From positions 15,934,001 through 15,998,000 of the forward strand of contig NC_087436.1 in assembly GCF_036321535.1 (NCBI RefSeq): a stretch of DNA of 64,000 nucleotides, written 5' to 3'. Source of the stretch: Camelus dromedarius. Lineage: Eukaryota. The translations under genes and the position numbers were made by a program. The notes beneath the pieces are model-generated. The model had not been told where the DNA came from. It worked only from the letters and a program-made list of their open reading frames with translations, and did no database searches. Below are positions 23,261 to 35,900 of this stretch, piece by piece (position 1 is the stretch's first letter; the number at the start of each line of letters is the position of its first letter).

Positions 23261-26049
23261 TAGGTTAGAGATATGAATCAGGAAGAGGTCTTATCCTGAA
23301 AGAAATTACATTCAAATATGGAAGTTAATACATGTACTGAAAAACGAGGCAGGAAGGCATAAATGCCATAGAAGAGAGATTCACAGTGAAAGGAGAGGGC
23401 CTTTCAGATGTTTGTAGAGCAGATGTCACTCGACTACAGTCTTGAAGAGTAATAAATAAGATTTGGGCACGTAGCGATTGAGGTGATGAGAATCACTGGT
23501 GGAGGAATTGGCATAAGCAGAGGTGCAGAGGTGGTATCACTGAGGGAAACACGTGGGGAATTGTTTGGTTTGCATGGGGTGTGTAATGTACATGAAGAAG
23601 AGCGGTGGTGAGTGATGTAGCAGATGTGGACTGGCATTTGGTCTTGTCTGATCCTGTGATAACTGTCATGCTGTGTTACTGGTTGAAAGTGGCTGTTACT
23701 TATGAGCTCTCATCAGTAGGGATGAAAGGCTGTATACTCCACGTCTCCCACGGCTGTGCATAGTGCTGAGGACTTGGCAGTTGCACGGTAAATACTTGTT
23801 TCAGGAAGGAGAAGGAAGAAGTACACCATGACTGGTTAGGGCTCTTCGGTGCCACTGTCATGGGGCACCATGCAGCCCTGTATGTGCCTTAGCACCTCAG
23901 TCCTCTCTTATCAGTGATGAAAGTGTCTGTGTCCTTGTCACACAGAGTATGTGGGGGAATCACCTCACCTTGGGATGTGCATCTTACTATGGTTTCCTGG
24001 ACCCTATCTCAATATCTTAATTTGAGTCTCTTGGGATGTTCCTAGAAATCTGTATTTTAAAATAAGCCCGTCTTACGCAGTTCAAATTTTGAGCACACCA
24101 GTGAGTGTACAGGGAATTATTTTTACTATTATAAAATTCTCCCCTTCCCACTTTCACACTAAGATGCTAATATAATATACTCTTTAGAAAGTCTACATTT
24201 TGAGGATAGAAGAATTCTACATAAATTAAATATAGACCCCAGTTAAGACCCATCATACATTTTTTTAAATCTAAGTAAAGCCAGTTTACAGTGTTGTGCT
24301 AATTTCAGTATACTTTTTTATCGTAAAGCAAAACATATTTTTTCTTTCTGAGAGCTTATTTTAAGGCACAGAAAATATTAAAGGAGGAAATATAAACTAT
24401 TCTTATGTAGCATCTGAAATCATTATTTTTGAGGCTCAAATTTACATACAACAAATCCAAAGGAGGCTTTGAGTTTTCTGTGTGGAAAAAAAAATATATA
24501 TGTATATATTTAATTAGCTCATATTTTTCTTTGCTCCAGTGACTTATGGCTTTAAACAGATCTTAAAACCTTTGAAAAGAAAATAGTTACTTTATGGAGA
24601 GGCCTCTTTTGCCTACATTGAGCCAAGAACCAGTCTTTGACTCAAGTTTTAGGATTACAATTATAAAGTGGAATAGATGCATATTAAATTCATTGCAGAG
24701 TGTTTTATCTAAGTAAAACTGCACCTATCCCTTTTTGCTGTTAAGTATACTTTAAAAAAATAACTGTTAAAGCTTTACTCTAAGAAGTGGAAAAGAAAAC
24801 ATTAAAGTTACAAGTTGCTTCTTGTGGGTTTCACCTTTAATTTTAACGTTTCATAAATGTCTTTCAGTGTTATTTCTTTTTATGACTTTTCTTCATTGAT
24901 TAAAGAGTTTTTCTCTTTAATAGGGTTTATATAAAATAGTTTATTTGAGTGTAGCTTTGTTAATGTTTTTGGAATTTTAATATCTTTGTATGTATTTTTA
25001 AAATAAAATGGAAAACTTACACTCTATAGCTCTTCAAATCAATATTTAATAAAGTTTAGGATGGAGCTGAAGTGATTCAGTAAGTAGGTGAACAATTTGT
25101 AGGATGCTGATAATTCTGAAATTATTGAAACCCAATTTTTTTCTCTGTAGATATTCTAAAGGTTTATAAATATTTTCATGCATTTAATACTAAAGAGATG
25201 CATATTTTTTTTCCTTTTTGCAGCCATTTAAAACTCAATATCACAAATTTATAACATGGTTATTTATAAAGAACTGGTGTGTAAAAAACTAATGTTGCAG
25301 AATTGGATAGCTTTTGCAGAGTTACATCAGGATTCATGTAGCTGCTATAAAAAGCCAAAGAAACTCAATTGCAATTTTATTGTCCAGTTTGATAGATATC
25401 CTGCCACCTTTGTAGCAGGGAAGCTGTTTGTCACTGTATCCCTCTCCTCCAACACTTGAACTAGGTTTTATAAGCGGTAATAGGCTCATCTAGTGTAACT
25501 GCACTATGTTAGTTACTTTGGTGTCGGGTTTCAGGTGTTTAATTTCATTATTTTCTTGTGTGTTTTCTAGGTTTTTATTATTCATCTTTTTTTTTGTTTT
25601 TTTCAAATTGAGCATTATCTTGAATAATTAAATAAGACTGTTTTTACTTGGTATGCTAAAATGGTTCTACTCTTTCATTGAAATTTAGATTAAAACATTT
25701 AATATGTTCTGAATTATGAGAACTGTCCAAAAACATTTTTTTCCTAAACAAATAAAACTACAATCTTTAGATACTATATTTTGTCTAGGCCTATATTCCC
25801 AGGGTAGAATGGGCCTATGACTTAAAATAATCAACAAGTGAAAGTTTTTCACACTTACTTAAAGATATAATATGATTTCGATTTTTTCCCCAGATAACGA
25901 ATTTGGGTTAAAGTATTTAATTATCTTGACTTATTTGGATTATTTTAAGATTTTACTTGCTGTTAACAGTCTGATGAAATGGCTTAAACATAAATGTGAG
26001 TCATTTTATTTAAGAAGAAAGTACAGTTATTCATATACAAACTCAGGTT

Positions 26050-26373
26050 GTGTCTCCAGGTGAGCCAACAGGCCCCGGAGGTATGGACCACCTGGTCAGA
26101 GAATCATAAACCGGAGACAACCTGACTTCTGAAACTGCAATTAAGAAGTGTCACAAGACGATGATTAATCCCAGCTTCTTTGTTCTTCCCCTTTAAAAAC
26201 ACCCCTAACTCAGAGACCAAGTTGGAGTGGATCTGAGACTTGTTTCCCATTCCCTTGCTGGGAGCCCTGCAAAAAAAACCAAAAAAACAAAAAAAACCCT
26301 TACTTTGTTGCAAACTTCGCTGTCTGAGTTTGGCTTTCTGCGCCGTGGGCACACAAGCCTTTGCTGGGTTACA
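26050..26373 (+). mobile_element. ERV1-type LTR (3' part)
   Basis: ccctttaaaaac TATA-like box ~26192, A-rich run where the polyA signal is expected (26271-26297), U5-like gtttggctttctgcgccgtgggcac...gggttaca terminus. Confidence 0.6.
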
Positions 26374-26614
26374 AAGCCTAGCAACTCCTGTACCTGTAGC
26401 AGGCCCAGCGCACAGGTCTGTTGACCTGTGGAGCAGCCAGGTTCGAGGAGCTTAAGGAGAGCGCAGTGCAAGCTGGGCGGTCCAGAGTGGGCGCTTTCAC
26501 CTGGGGGAGGGGCCTGGTCTCCAAGAGAAGAGCCTGGTGCCTTGGTAACCTTCACCACTTGGGAGGTAAAATGAGGTCCTTTTTCGTTTTCTCTTGAGGA
26601 GTATCCTTCCAGAT

Positions 26615-26777
26615 CAGCTGTTCTCAACCTTGTCTGCTCATTGAAATCACCTGGGGGCTTTCAAAGCCCTGGTCCTTGTGCCCGCCTCCAGGGATGCTGA
26701 TTTAACGAGTCAGGGGTGTGGCCTGACACTGAGATTCTGACGCACTTGGTGTTGGCAGCCAGAGCTGAGAAGCACTG
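26615..26777. mobile_element. MER5A-like hAT MITE
   Basis: Terminal inverted repeats cagctgttctca...tgagaagcactg, internal aatcacctggggg; decayed 8-bp TSD ttccagat/ttctagac. Confidence 0.7.
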
Positions 26778-27084
26778 TTCTAGACTTTAAAATGAGGTTT
26801 AAGCAATTAGCCAAGGACACAGAAGCTTGTGAGCCGTGAGGAGCCACCTAGGACGGGAGCTGTAGGCTGCTTTGAGCGGGGCACGCAGCAGCCACTGATT
26901 TCTCTGGATGGGGTGCTGCTGCATCTGTGCAGACGGCTGAGTTCAGGTAATGGCATTTTCCTTCTCCCCGTGTTTTTCAAAATGAAAATTCCTCCAGGTA
27001 CTGTTCTGGAAGGAAACCGCCCCCCACCCCCACCCCAACCATCTGTGTGCGTTGCTTTGGAAAATGTATGCCAACGCAGACCTC

Positions 27085-27545
27085 TTCTAGGTCCTCTCCC
27101 CGGTCTCATCATTCCCTCGGCCTCCTCACTTTGTGCTGAACACACTGGTCTTTAGGTTCCTTGAACAGCTAGGCTGTTGGTCCCACAGGACTTGGCCTGG
27201 GCTGTGTTTTGCTTTCATGGAATGTTCTCGCCCCAACCCTCTACACTTTCTGCACCCCTGCGCCCTCTCATCCCATCCTGCCTGGCTTGACTTGAAGGTG
27301 TTTCTCAGGGAGGCCTCCTCCTGCCTAGGTTACTTTCTGTCACACAGGTTTAGTTCCTAATGACGTCACAGTGTAGCCTGAGTCTCTGATTAACTTATTT
27401 ATCTACTTGTATATCATCTAGTCCTTTAGGCTGTGAGCCTCATCAAGGGGAGACCATGTGTTATCTAGTTACTGCTGCACCTCAGATTTTAGCACAGTCC
27501 TCACCCATATCTTGTATTTAATAGATTTTTGTTGAATCGATGTGT
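27085..27545. mobile_element. L2 3' fragment
   Basis: ggctgtgagcctcatcaagggg...tagcacagtcc...ttttgttgaat, typical of the L2 3' end. Confidence 0.55.
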
Positions 27546-27705
27546 TAGTCAAAGAGGTGTTTGTGCTTGTGAAAATTCACTATTTGCTATATGTAAGATG
27601 CATGCATTTAGATACATAAATTATATCAACATAAAAGAAAACTAAAGTGAACATAATTATTCAATTCTTTGTTTTGTATACCTATTTCTGGGCCAAAACT
27701 GCACT

Positions 27706-27840
27706 TTTTTGAGGGAGGGGTTAATTAGGTTTGTTTATTTATTTATTTAATTTATTTTTAGAGGAGATACTGGGGATTGAACCCAGGACCTCTTGCATGC
27801 TAAGCATGTGCTCTAGCACTTGAGCTATACCCTCCCCCCT
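27706..27840 (-). mobile_element. Vic-1-like tRNA-derived SINE inside an old L1 fragment (~27660-28260)
   Basis: tactggggattgaacccaggacctcttgcatgctaagcatgtgctctagcacttgagctataccctcccc; perfect TSD aaaactgcact at 27695-27705 and 27841-27851. Confidence 0.88.
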
Positions 27841-28887
27841 AAAACTGCACTCTTTTGATCACTGTAACTTTACAGTAGGTTTGCTACCTACAGAATAAGT
27901 CCACCTTTTTTCTTTCAAAAATTTCTTGCGCATGTTTGCTCACAGGTGAATTTTAGGATCAATTTTTCAAATTCATTAGAAAAATTGTATTGTGATTTTT
28001 ATTGGGATTATGCCTTATTTTTAGTTTATTTTTAAAGTGATTATATTTCTACAATATTGACACTTTCCATCCAGTTAACATGGTTCATTTATTCTAGAAC
28101 TTTCAATCAAGTTTGGTATTCTTTAGGTAGGCCTTTAACATTTTGGGGTGTATTATGTATATATGATGTGTATTACATAATTACGGTTTCTGTTGCTATT
28201 ATAAAGGAAATATTTATCCCATTACATTCTCTAATCATTACTGGTATCTAAAAAGGCTTTTCTCTGTTTAAAAAAAAGAAGAAAGTACAGTTTAGTTTAA
28301 GTAAAGAGCATATGGGAGTCAGTTTTGTTAGAATTCTGTAAGTGGTTTCTAAAAAGCATTTAAAATTTTTTAAGATACAAACTGATGTATATAAAATGCA
28401 TGTTATTTGTATGTGTGGGTTTGTGGTGGCTGTATAATAAAATTAAAAGCCACATATTTTAAGAAATTTCAAAAGAGTTACAAAATGTTCATATTTCATG
28501 GATTTTCAGTATTTTACACTTAATTTCTAAAGTTTTCGTTGGCTTTAAAAATTTTTAAACCAAATAGTATTATAAAAATATTTAAAATAATATATGCTCA
28601 TTGTAGTAAATTTGGAACCTACTATAACTCTACACAAAATTCAGGAATCATTTGTTATCCAGTCATCTGTACATAGCTTAATATTTTGGTGAAAGACTTT
28701 CCAGTCTTCTATACATAAATATACATATACATATACATATACATATAATTATGTTCTTACAGAAATACCACATTTGTGGTATTTTACAGTATTTCAATTA
28801 ATGATATACTTTTAAATGAATTTTAGTGGCTGTGTATTATTAGGTATATGTATATTACATCATATTATGGAGAAATAAAGTTAAGGG

Positions 28888-30020
28888 CAAAAGCTGCAGC
28901 TTTGATGTAACGTCCAAATGCTATCAGACCACTTGCAATTCTTGAAAGGAGTGATTGAGTAAATGATTCAAGTTTACTTTTCATATTCTGACATTTTCCA
29001 AAGTGTTATTTGGGAAAATTGGTGGAGGTGGTATTTTAAAAATCTACTGAGTTGTGTTACAACGTATTGCATATGCGCCATAGTTTAATTTTCCCTTGTC
29101 TTTGAGCAGTGATGAGCCTGCTCCTGGTATTTTGCAGGATAAATTCCTAAAGTTACAGAAGGAGGTGTCCGTACATGTTTTTAAAAGTTTTAGAACGTTT
29201 TGCTAAATAGGTATCTAAACAATTCTGTTACAGTTTATTATTCTAGCTTTGGATGAGATCACCTGTCTAGGTTGTTCTTCAGAAAACAAAATTGGTCAAG
29301 ATGACTGTTTTTAAAAAAGAAAAGATTAGTAAGTTAGTAACTGTGTGATACTATTTTATTTCACTGTGCTTTCGATCTTCATCTATATGAAATGAGTATT
29401 ATACTACCTGTCTTTTTAGGGCTGTTCTGAAGATTCTCTCAATACAATGCTTAGAACAGTATAGAGTACCCATTCTGTATATCTTAGCTATTGTTGCAAG
29501 TACTTAAAAACCTTATTGTCCACCAAAATGAGCTCAGCTTGGTATTTATTACATATATTTTCAAGCATGTTGTGGAACAGGGAACAATTATTGATTAGAT
29601 GGTAATCTTCATTTTTAAGGAAGTTGGAGGGAAGAATATATTTTTTAAAGTAAATTTCTTTTACATTAATTATGGAATCTTTCCATATGTTAGTATGATA
29701 TTTATAGAGATTAAGAGACTACAAAGTGGTTGGAAGGTTTCTCTTTAAATTGCATCCTCACTTGATGTTAATAAGGAAGTGTTGTTCAAAATCATTTTAT
29801 GAAAGAGTAAAGTTTGTTTTTATATTTAGTAGTATTGCTTACTGAAAAAGGTGAACTTAAAACCAAAAGTTGCAACTTTGATGTAACATCTGAATATTAG
29901 ACCACTTAAAATTCTAGGAAGAAACAATTGCATGAATTAGCTTGCTTTTCATATTCAGGATTTCTTTAAAACTCCGTTCAGAAAAATTGGTGGAGGTAAT
30001 TTTAAAAAGTATATTGAAAT
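28888..30020 (+). repeat. Diverged direct repeat, two ~160-bp copies (28888-29051 and 29864-30020)
   Basis: Collinear shared blocks: caaaag(c/t)tgca(g/a)ctttgatgtaac, agaccactt, tttcatattc, aaaattggtggaggt, attttaaaaa. Confidence 0.8.
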
Positions 30021-30046
30021 TAATTTAAAACATATATATATATTAT

Positions 30047-30526
30047 TGTTGAAGAGAACCAGAGTCAGATAATAGTTAAAGCAGTAAAATTGAATTTTAT
30101 TCAGGAACTATTGCACTAGGGGAACAAAAACCTGAGTATAGAACTTACTCAGTTTTGAATACAACAAGGAAAAGTGGGGATTTATAGCCAAGGAGCAAGG
30201 TCGGAGTGAGGAGGGGGTTCAGTGGATGGGAAATTAATAGGAGGAAATATCTAGGGAGAGAGGGATTCTGGTTAAACAGACTTTAGTGGGACTCTTGCTG
30301 AAGGCAGGCCAGGCTGATTAGCTGTCAGCTGGAGGACGGTGGAAAAATGAGGAATTTGATCAGATAGGAGGGTGGTCAGATATTGAGGATAGGGGATTCT
30401 CCCTAAACTGATGTAGGATTCTGGCTGAAGCTCCGAGGTGTAGGTTGGACAAAGACAGAGGGCCTAGCTGAGATGACGGTTCAGAGGAACCTGACTAAAG
30501 TTTGGTAAAGGAGAGAGTCTTTGTCA
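30047..30526 (-). mobile_element. ERV1 solo LTR (MER31-like)
   Basis: TG...CA termini; minus strand starts TGACAAAGACTCTCTCCTTTACCAAACTTTAGTCAGG and has AATAAA near its 3' end; flanks ttat/gtat. Confidence 0.8.
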
Positions 30527-31179
30527 GTATAAACAAAAAGTACAGTTGAACTACTGTTAAATTCATTTCTCTTTCTGTGGCAGTTTGCGTATATTTATGT
30601 CCCATTTTTTGTTTTTTATCCTTTCTGTTTTTTGTAGTGAATTTATTTTTAGCTACAAATGAGTGGAATAGTAGGGTTTACAAGTCAAATCCATTTAAAA
30701 ATCAGGTAGTTGCCTTTTTAAGCAGTTTATAAAGCTTGCCCTTACCTGTAAGGATTAGACTCTGACTCCTCGTGGTTCACAAAGCCTTTAGTAGTCCAAA
30801 ACCTGCTTACCATTGACACTGCTTACTTAGTATTTTTATTACATGTCCCTCCTAGAAATGCTGTAATCTTATTGCTTTACCAAATAACTCAGTGTCTTAA
30901 ATGAACCATGTTCTTTCAGCATCCATTCTTACACTTATCTTTCAAAATTCCTTCCGCGTGGCATCTCCCTTTGCCCTTAATTCTTCTCTATCTTGCTTAT
31001 CAGTAATCATTAATGAAGACCAAGCTTAAATGTCAACATCTTCCTGGTCCTTCCAGGTATTTCTGGGCACAATTATGTACTGCCAGTAGTATCCTGTATA
31101 TATCTCTAAACTACAGTTCGAATTACTCGAAAAAGTCCTTAAAACATTCCCAAAGGGCACACAAAAGGCATGAACAAGC

Positions 31180-32930
31180 GGAAAAGCATATTTGCTAAAA
31201 TGGGAAGACTCAACATCATAAAGTTTTAGTAACTTAACATTTCTTTAGGTTATTTTATAAATTTAATGAAACCCCAGGAAAATACTAATTAACCGCTTTT
31301 CTTTTTGTGGGGAGAAAATAGAGCAAGCTAACTATTAAGGAAAAGTGAGGCAAAGTAAACAAGTAAAAATATCCAAGAAGGCTCTGTAAAGAGCTATGAG
31401 AGGTGACTTACTACCAAATACTAACATTATTACCAAATGTCATTAATTTAAAAGATGTAGTGTTGACACATGAAGAGATAGGCTGACCGGGGAAAAAGAA
31501 AAGAAAGTCCAGAAACATACAAAATTCCATATAAGACTTTAGTGTATTATAAAGGATGAATCTCAAAACACCAGGGAAAAGTCAAACTATTCAATAAATG
31601 GTGTTGGGATAATAGAGGATTCATCAGAAAGAAAAGTTGGAGCATCAATAAATTTAACATATCGATCAATTAAATGGGTAGTGAAGTGGAGGTGGGGAAT
31701 GGAAGAAACCGTAAAAGTACTAGAGGATAACACAGATAATTCTTCTGTAACCTTGGAGTGTATAAGAATTTTCTAACTGTAGTTTAGAATCTGAAACCAT
31801 TAAAGAGGAATAAAGACTAATTTTTTTTTTACTACATTAAAACAGATACAAACCTTTGTGACCAAAAACCGAACAATACCATAAGCAAAATCAAAAGGCA
31901 AATGACAAATTTGAACCAGGACAAAGGACCAGAGCAAAGATAACATTTCTAAAATACAAAGTGCTCCTAAAAAAAGATAGGAAAAGACAGCCTAATAAAA
32001 AAATGGATGAAAGTCATGACCAAAAACCTGTAGAAAACTAAGTAAAAAATACTTTCGATTTATGAAAAGATGCTCAACCTACTCATTGTAAGGGACTGCA
32101 AATTTAAACTATTCTGAGATAGTTCTCCAAGATATATTAAGTGACAAAAGGAAGTGTGGAACAGAGTGTATAGTGGATATTAGTGAGTTAAACAAGTGGG
32201 AAAATGAGAATTCATATATGTGTTTATATGCACAAAAATACCCTGGAATTAATGGCTGATTGCTTGGTTGTTGAGGAATTGTGTAGATGAGGACTGGGTG
32301 TGAGGGGGACTTTACACTATATACTATTTTATACGTAAGTCATGTGACTTGTAGGGGAGGAGAAGCTTTGCCTTTACCCTCTTAAGGTCCCTGACTGCAA
32401 CTGAAATTTAAGCTGACCAAGAGTGATTATCAGGAGGAAAGTATATGATTTTATTTAATGTAAGTTTTATGTAACATGGGAGCCTTCATAAGGAAATGAA
32501 GACCCAAAGAAACATTTAAGTTTGAGGGTTTTTTTTTTTATTTTAAGTTTGATGAAGAGTCGAAATTCAAGAAAAACCTGGTCGGACAAAGGGTTTGAAC
32601 TAAGGGTAGTAAACTGGGGGAGAATCAGCATAGCCTGTTCATTCAGATTCTTCTCAGCATCCCTGTGTCTTTTGAGATAAGGATGCTCTTTTTGTTTGGG
32701 TGTAAGGAAGGCACCTCTGATTATAAGGGGTGAAATTACAGGGCCATCCTAGAACCTGCTGTTTCTATGATCTGCTTCAGGGGAGGGTGGCGGGGTCAGA
32801 GAGTCTTTCCTGCACCTACTGTTACTCAGATTCCTTCATCTTAAAATGATCAGTATGCCAATGTGCCGTATTTTGGGGTAGTGTGTTCTGGACTCCCATC
32901 AAAATATACTACCTATTCAAAAATGTTTTT
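31180..32930 (+). mobile_element. Old L1ME-like ORF2 3' part and 3'UTR (sense), interrupted by an LTR
   Basis: gggaagactcaacatcataaag, tattcaataaatggtgttgggataa, aaaaggcaaatgacaaa, tatgaaaagatgctcaacct; A-rich + strand. Confidence 0.75.
32350..32901 (-). mobile_element. ERV1 solo LTR (MER34/MER39-group-like)
   Basis: TG...CA termini; minus strand starts TGATGGGAGTCCAGAACACACTACCCCAAAATACGGCACATTGGCATACTGATCATTTTAAG. Confidence 0.75.
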
Positions 32931-35900
32931 AAGCTTATTACGCAAATGTATAGTGCTTGTTGTATATATATGACTTGTTTTCTTCATGGGATTTGTTTCT
33001 CTTTGTTATTGAACTTATGTTGTTTTCATAACCAATTCTTTTAGGCAGTTTTGTTAGGATAGCCTAGGCTTTATGCTTGATACACCTCCACTCAGGTTTT
33101 ATTAGGGTAGTATGTAAGAGCGTAGGTTTGACCAGTGTTCAGATTTGTAACTAGGGTGCTTTGTATAAAGTAGATCACTGAATATGTATACACTTACAAA
33201 TATTTATAATTTGATTTTAACTATTGTATCTTTTACCTTACGCTATTATTGTTGCAAGCTGTTGTATCAGAGTCTCTATAAAACATGTCCTGTTATGTGG
33301 TGGTGGTCATGTTGAGCTGTGCTTGTTGATACCACATATGGGAAGATTCAGCTATTTTAAAAGAAAAATATGTCTTATTTATCAAATGTGAAAGGTTGGT
33401 AACCTCTAAAAGTTAGAAGTTAGCATATCATATTCAGCTAGATTTCCAAAGGAAAATAGCATACAATGAAAAAGGTGCATTTGCTTAAAAAAGAAAGCCA
33501 GTTCCTAAACATTGCCTAACATTTAAAACAGTCTAAATTTTATAGATTAATTTTTTAAAATACATGGATTAATGATGTTGGTGTCTTGCTATATTGCATT
33601 CATCTTTTATCTCCTAATTAGTAAATTTGAGTCAATTAAGTTGAAAGTAATAGCTAAAGAAATGTTGTAGTTATTAGCTCATGAATATCTTTAACTAGTA
33701 GTTTATAGAGTGCTTTCCAAACATTACAAACAGCTATAGATTAGCTATCAAATGATTGTGAAGATTAATGAGTAGTCTTTTAGCTGAGTAATTTAGAACA
33801 ATATCTGGTAATTAATTAAGAATTATCAGTCACAAATACCTTTAGGAAAACAGTATCAAAAAAAGATAACAACAATGATAGTTACTCTGTTGTCATTTAG
33901 CTTTTAGACTATTGGAGTACATTAAAAGGAAGTTTAAAAATCAACTTCAAAAACTTAAAAGCACTTTTAATATTCATACTTACAAAAGAAAGAGTAAGCA
34001 AATTGGGTTGCTTAGGAAAGACAAAGCACTGTTTAGTACAGATTTGACTACAAATCTGCTTATCACAAAAGAAAATATATTCCTGGCACACTGAGAATGT
34101 ACTTTATGAAACTGTACATTGCTTTCAATTGAAATGTGTATTATCTAAACCATCTTCTTGTGCTTGAAAATTTAACATTAAATACTAGCTTTTAACTGTC
34201 TTTTCAAATGGCCAATTGAAAGTTTGTCTGCTGATTATGAATATAGTTAGAATGTGAAAAAGAAATATGTTCCACAGATTTACACTTCACGCTTAGAATG
34301 AACGGTCTCGTCAAATGTTTGAAAGACCATGACGACATGTTGTAAATTAAGTGAATACTGGTAAGAGCATCATGTAAACAAATCTTTAAGAGGGAATTTG
34401 GGATAGCAAATATATATATTTTCTAACGGCCTTGACGGAGATATGGAAATCCAAGAGAACTTCCTCAAGTTGTTTATAAACCAGCAGGAAAGGCCAGTTC
34501 TATATAATTGACTATATGCTATAGCTAAAATAAGGTATAAAAGTTTTGTTTCTTTGATGTATCTATGTTAGTAACCTTGATGAAAGCATTAAGATAAAAA
34601 TATGAGTGATATTTTTCAGTACTTTAATCATTTTACAGTTTTTTCTCCATTAAGATTGTGTCCTATTACCAAGTAATTTAAAAAATATTAGTATTTAGAT
34701 TTAACATGTAGATCAGATATTAAGATTTCAAAATGTTTATTAAGTCCCTGTTGTACACCATTTTAGGATGATGATTGACATTCATCTTAAATATATATTG
34801 GGCAAAGATAGTTGTAGGATTTTGAAATTTTACCATACTGTTTTAACATCCTGAATGAGTTTTATAGTGGCAATAATGTGGGTTCTAACTCTTCAGTTTC
34901 AAGTCTGCTTGATGTACTCTCTAAGACAGTGCTCTTTAGTATGGGAACATACTTGGCTTTGGAATGGATTACAGTGTTTTTGCTAATAACTTTCTTTGTG
35001 CTAGTTATATTAGTAGATCTGGAGGTGGAGTGGCAGTCCGCCTCCACCCCACATTAGGAATATCACTGTTGGTCTTGTTATAAGATGAAAATTTATCCTT
35101 ACTCTACTAATTATCCAGTGTCTCAGTTTTTTTCTTATTTGAATTTATTTTTAATTTCACTCAAAAATTTTATTTTTTATTTACATTCCGCCACTTCAGA
35201 CTTTGTTCATTTTTACTTACATGTTTTTCTGGATATTTGCAATGGTTCTGTTTGTCTCTATAACTTGGTACTTTGTGATGCTGGCTCAGAATATACTTAG
35301 GTTATTAAAACATTTGTGATTGTTTTCACTTAATGCCTCAGTTCCAGCTTTCATTATTTAAATGTAATTGATTCAGACTTATTCCCGTGTCTGTGATCAT
35401 AATGACTTACTCTGAATAGTTGTTTTTGATGTTCATTTGTCTGAATTGTTTATATTTCGTAAGAATAGAAAACTTTTCTTTTTTTTAGGTGGGCCTGTCT
35501 TATTAATATCACTGATCTGTACTTGCCCAAGAAATTTTGACTGAAAGAATGTTACTTTGTTATATAGGGCAATTTGCTAGATGCATATCTGTCTTAATAG
35601 CATAATTTTTGGTAGATCTTTCTATGGGTAGCACAATGCCCGGCATGCTACAGCTGATCAGTACATTTTTGTTGAGTGAATAAATGGGGAATTAATCAGT
35701 TAAAATAAAGAACTCAGTTTAAGGAAGGTATTGGCCTTCTGGGTATAAAAGAAATTGATTAATTTTGTTAATGTTACTGTGCCATTTTACTCTTTGGTGT
35801 TGAGTACATGCACTTCATTTTGAAATGAGTTCCCAAATATTTGCAGTTAGGAAAAATGTTTATTTCCTAAATATTTTTATTTCAGTTATACCGCATTATG

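Larger units (their letters stand above)
26029..28275 (+). mobile_element. Composite ~2.25-kb insertion with TPRT hallmarks (retroposed genomic/transcript fragment)
   Basis: Perfect 17-bp direct repeat AAGAAGAAAGTACAGTT at 26012-26028 and 28276-28292; TT/AAGA at the left junction; A-run 28270-28277 at the right junction. Confidence 0.7.

Noticed and set aside
22899..23263. Pro/Ser/Phe-rich and Gly/Arg/Glu-rich ORFs
   Set aside because: Artefacts of the C/T low-complexity tract.
26411..26430. Perfect 8-bp hairpin CACAGGTC-tgtt-GACCTGTG
   Set aside because: Too short to exceed chance in 64 kb; no extended stem for a pre-miRNA or other ncRNA.
26104..27360. Cluster of overlapping 65-140 aa ORFs on both strands
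   Set aside because: Explained by locally higher GC (fewer stops) in LTR/MITE/L2-derived sequence; no recognisable protein motif, no gag/pol/env similarity, no primer-binding site evident after the LTR.
2974..27840. tRNA-Ala genes on the minus strand (five tRNA-like sequences)
   Set aside because: They have A-rich tails, TSDs and divergent stems, so they are SINE copies rather than functional tRNA genes.
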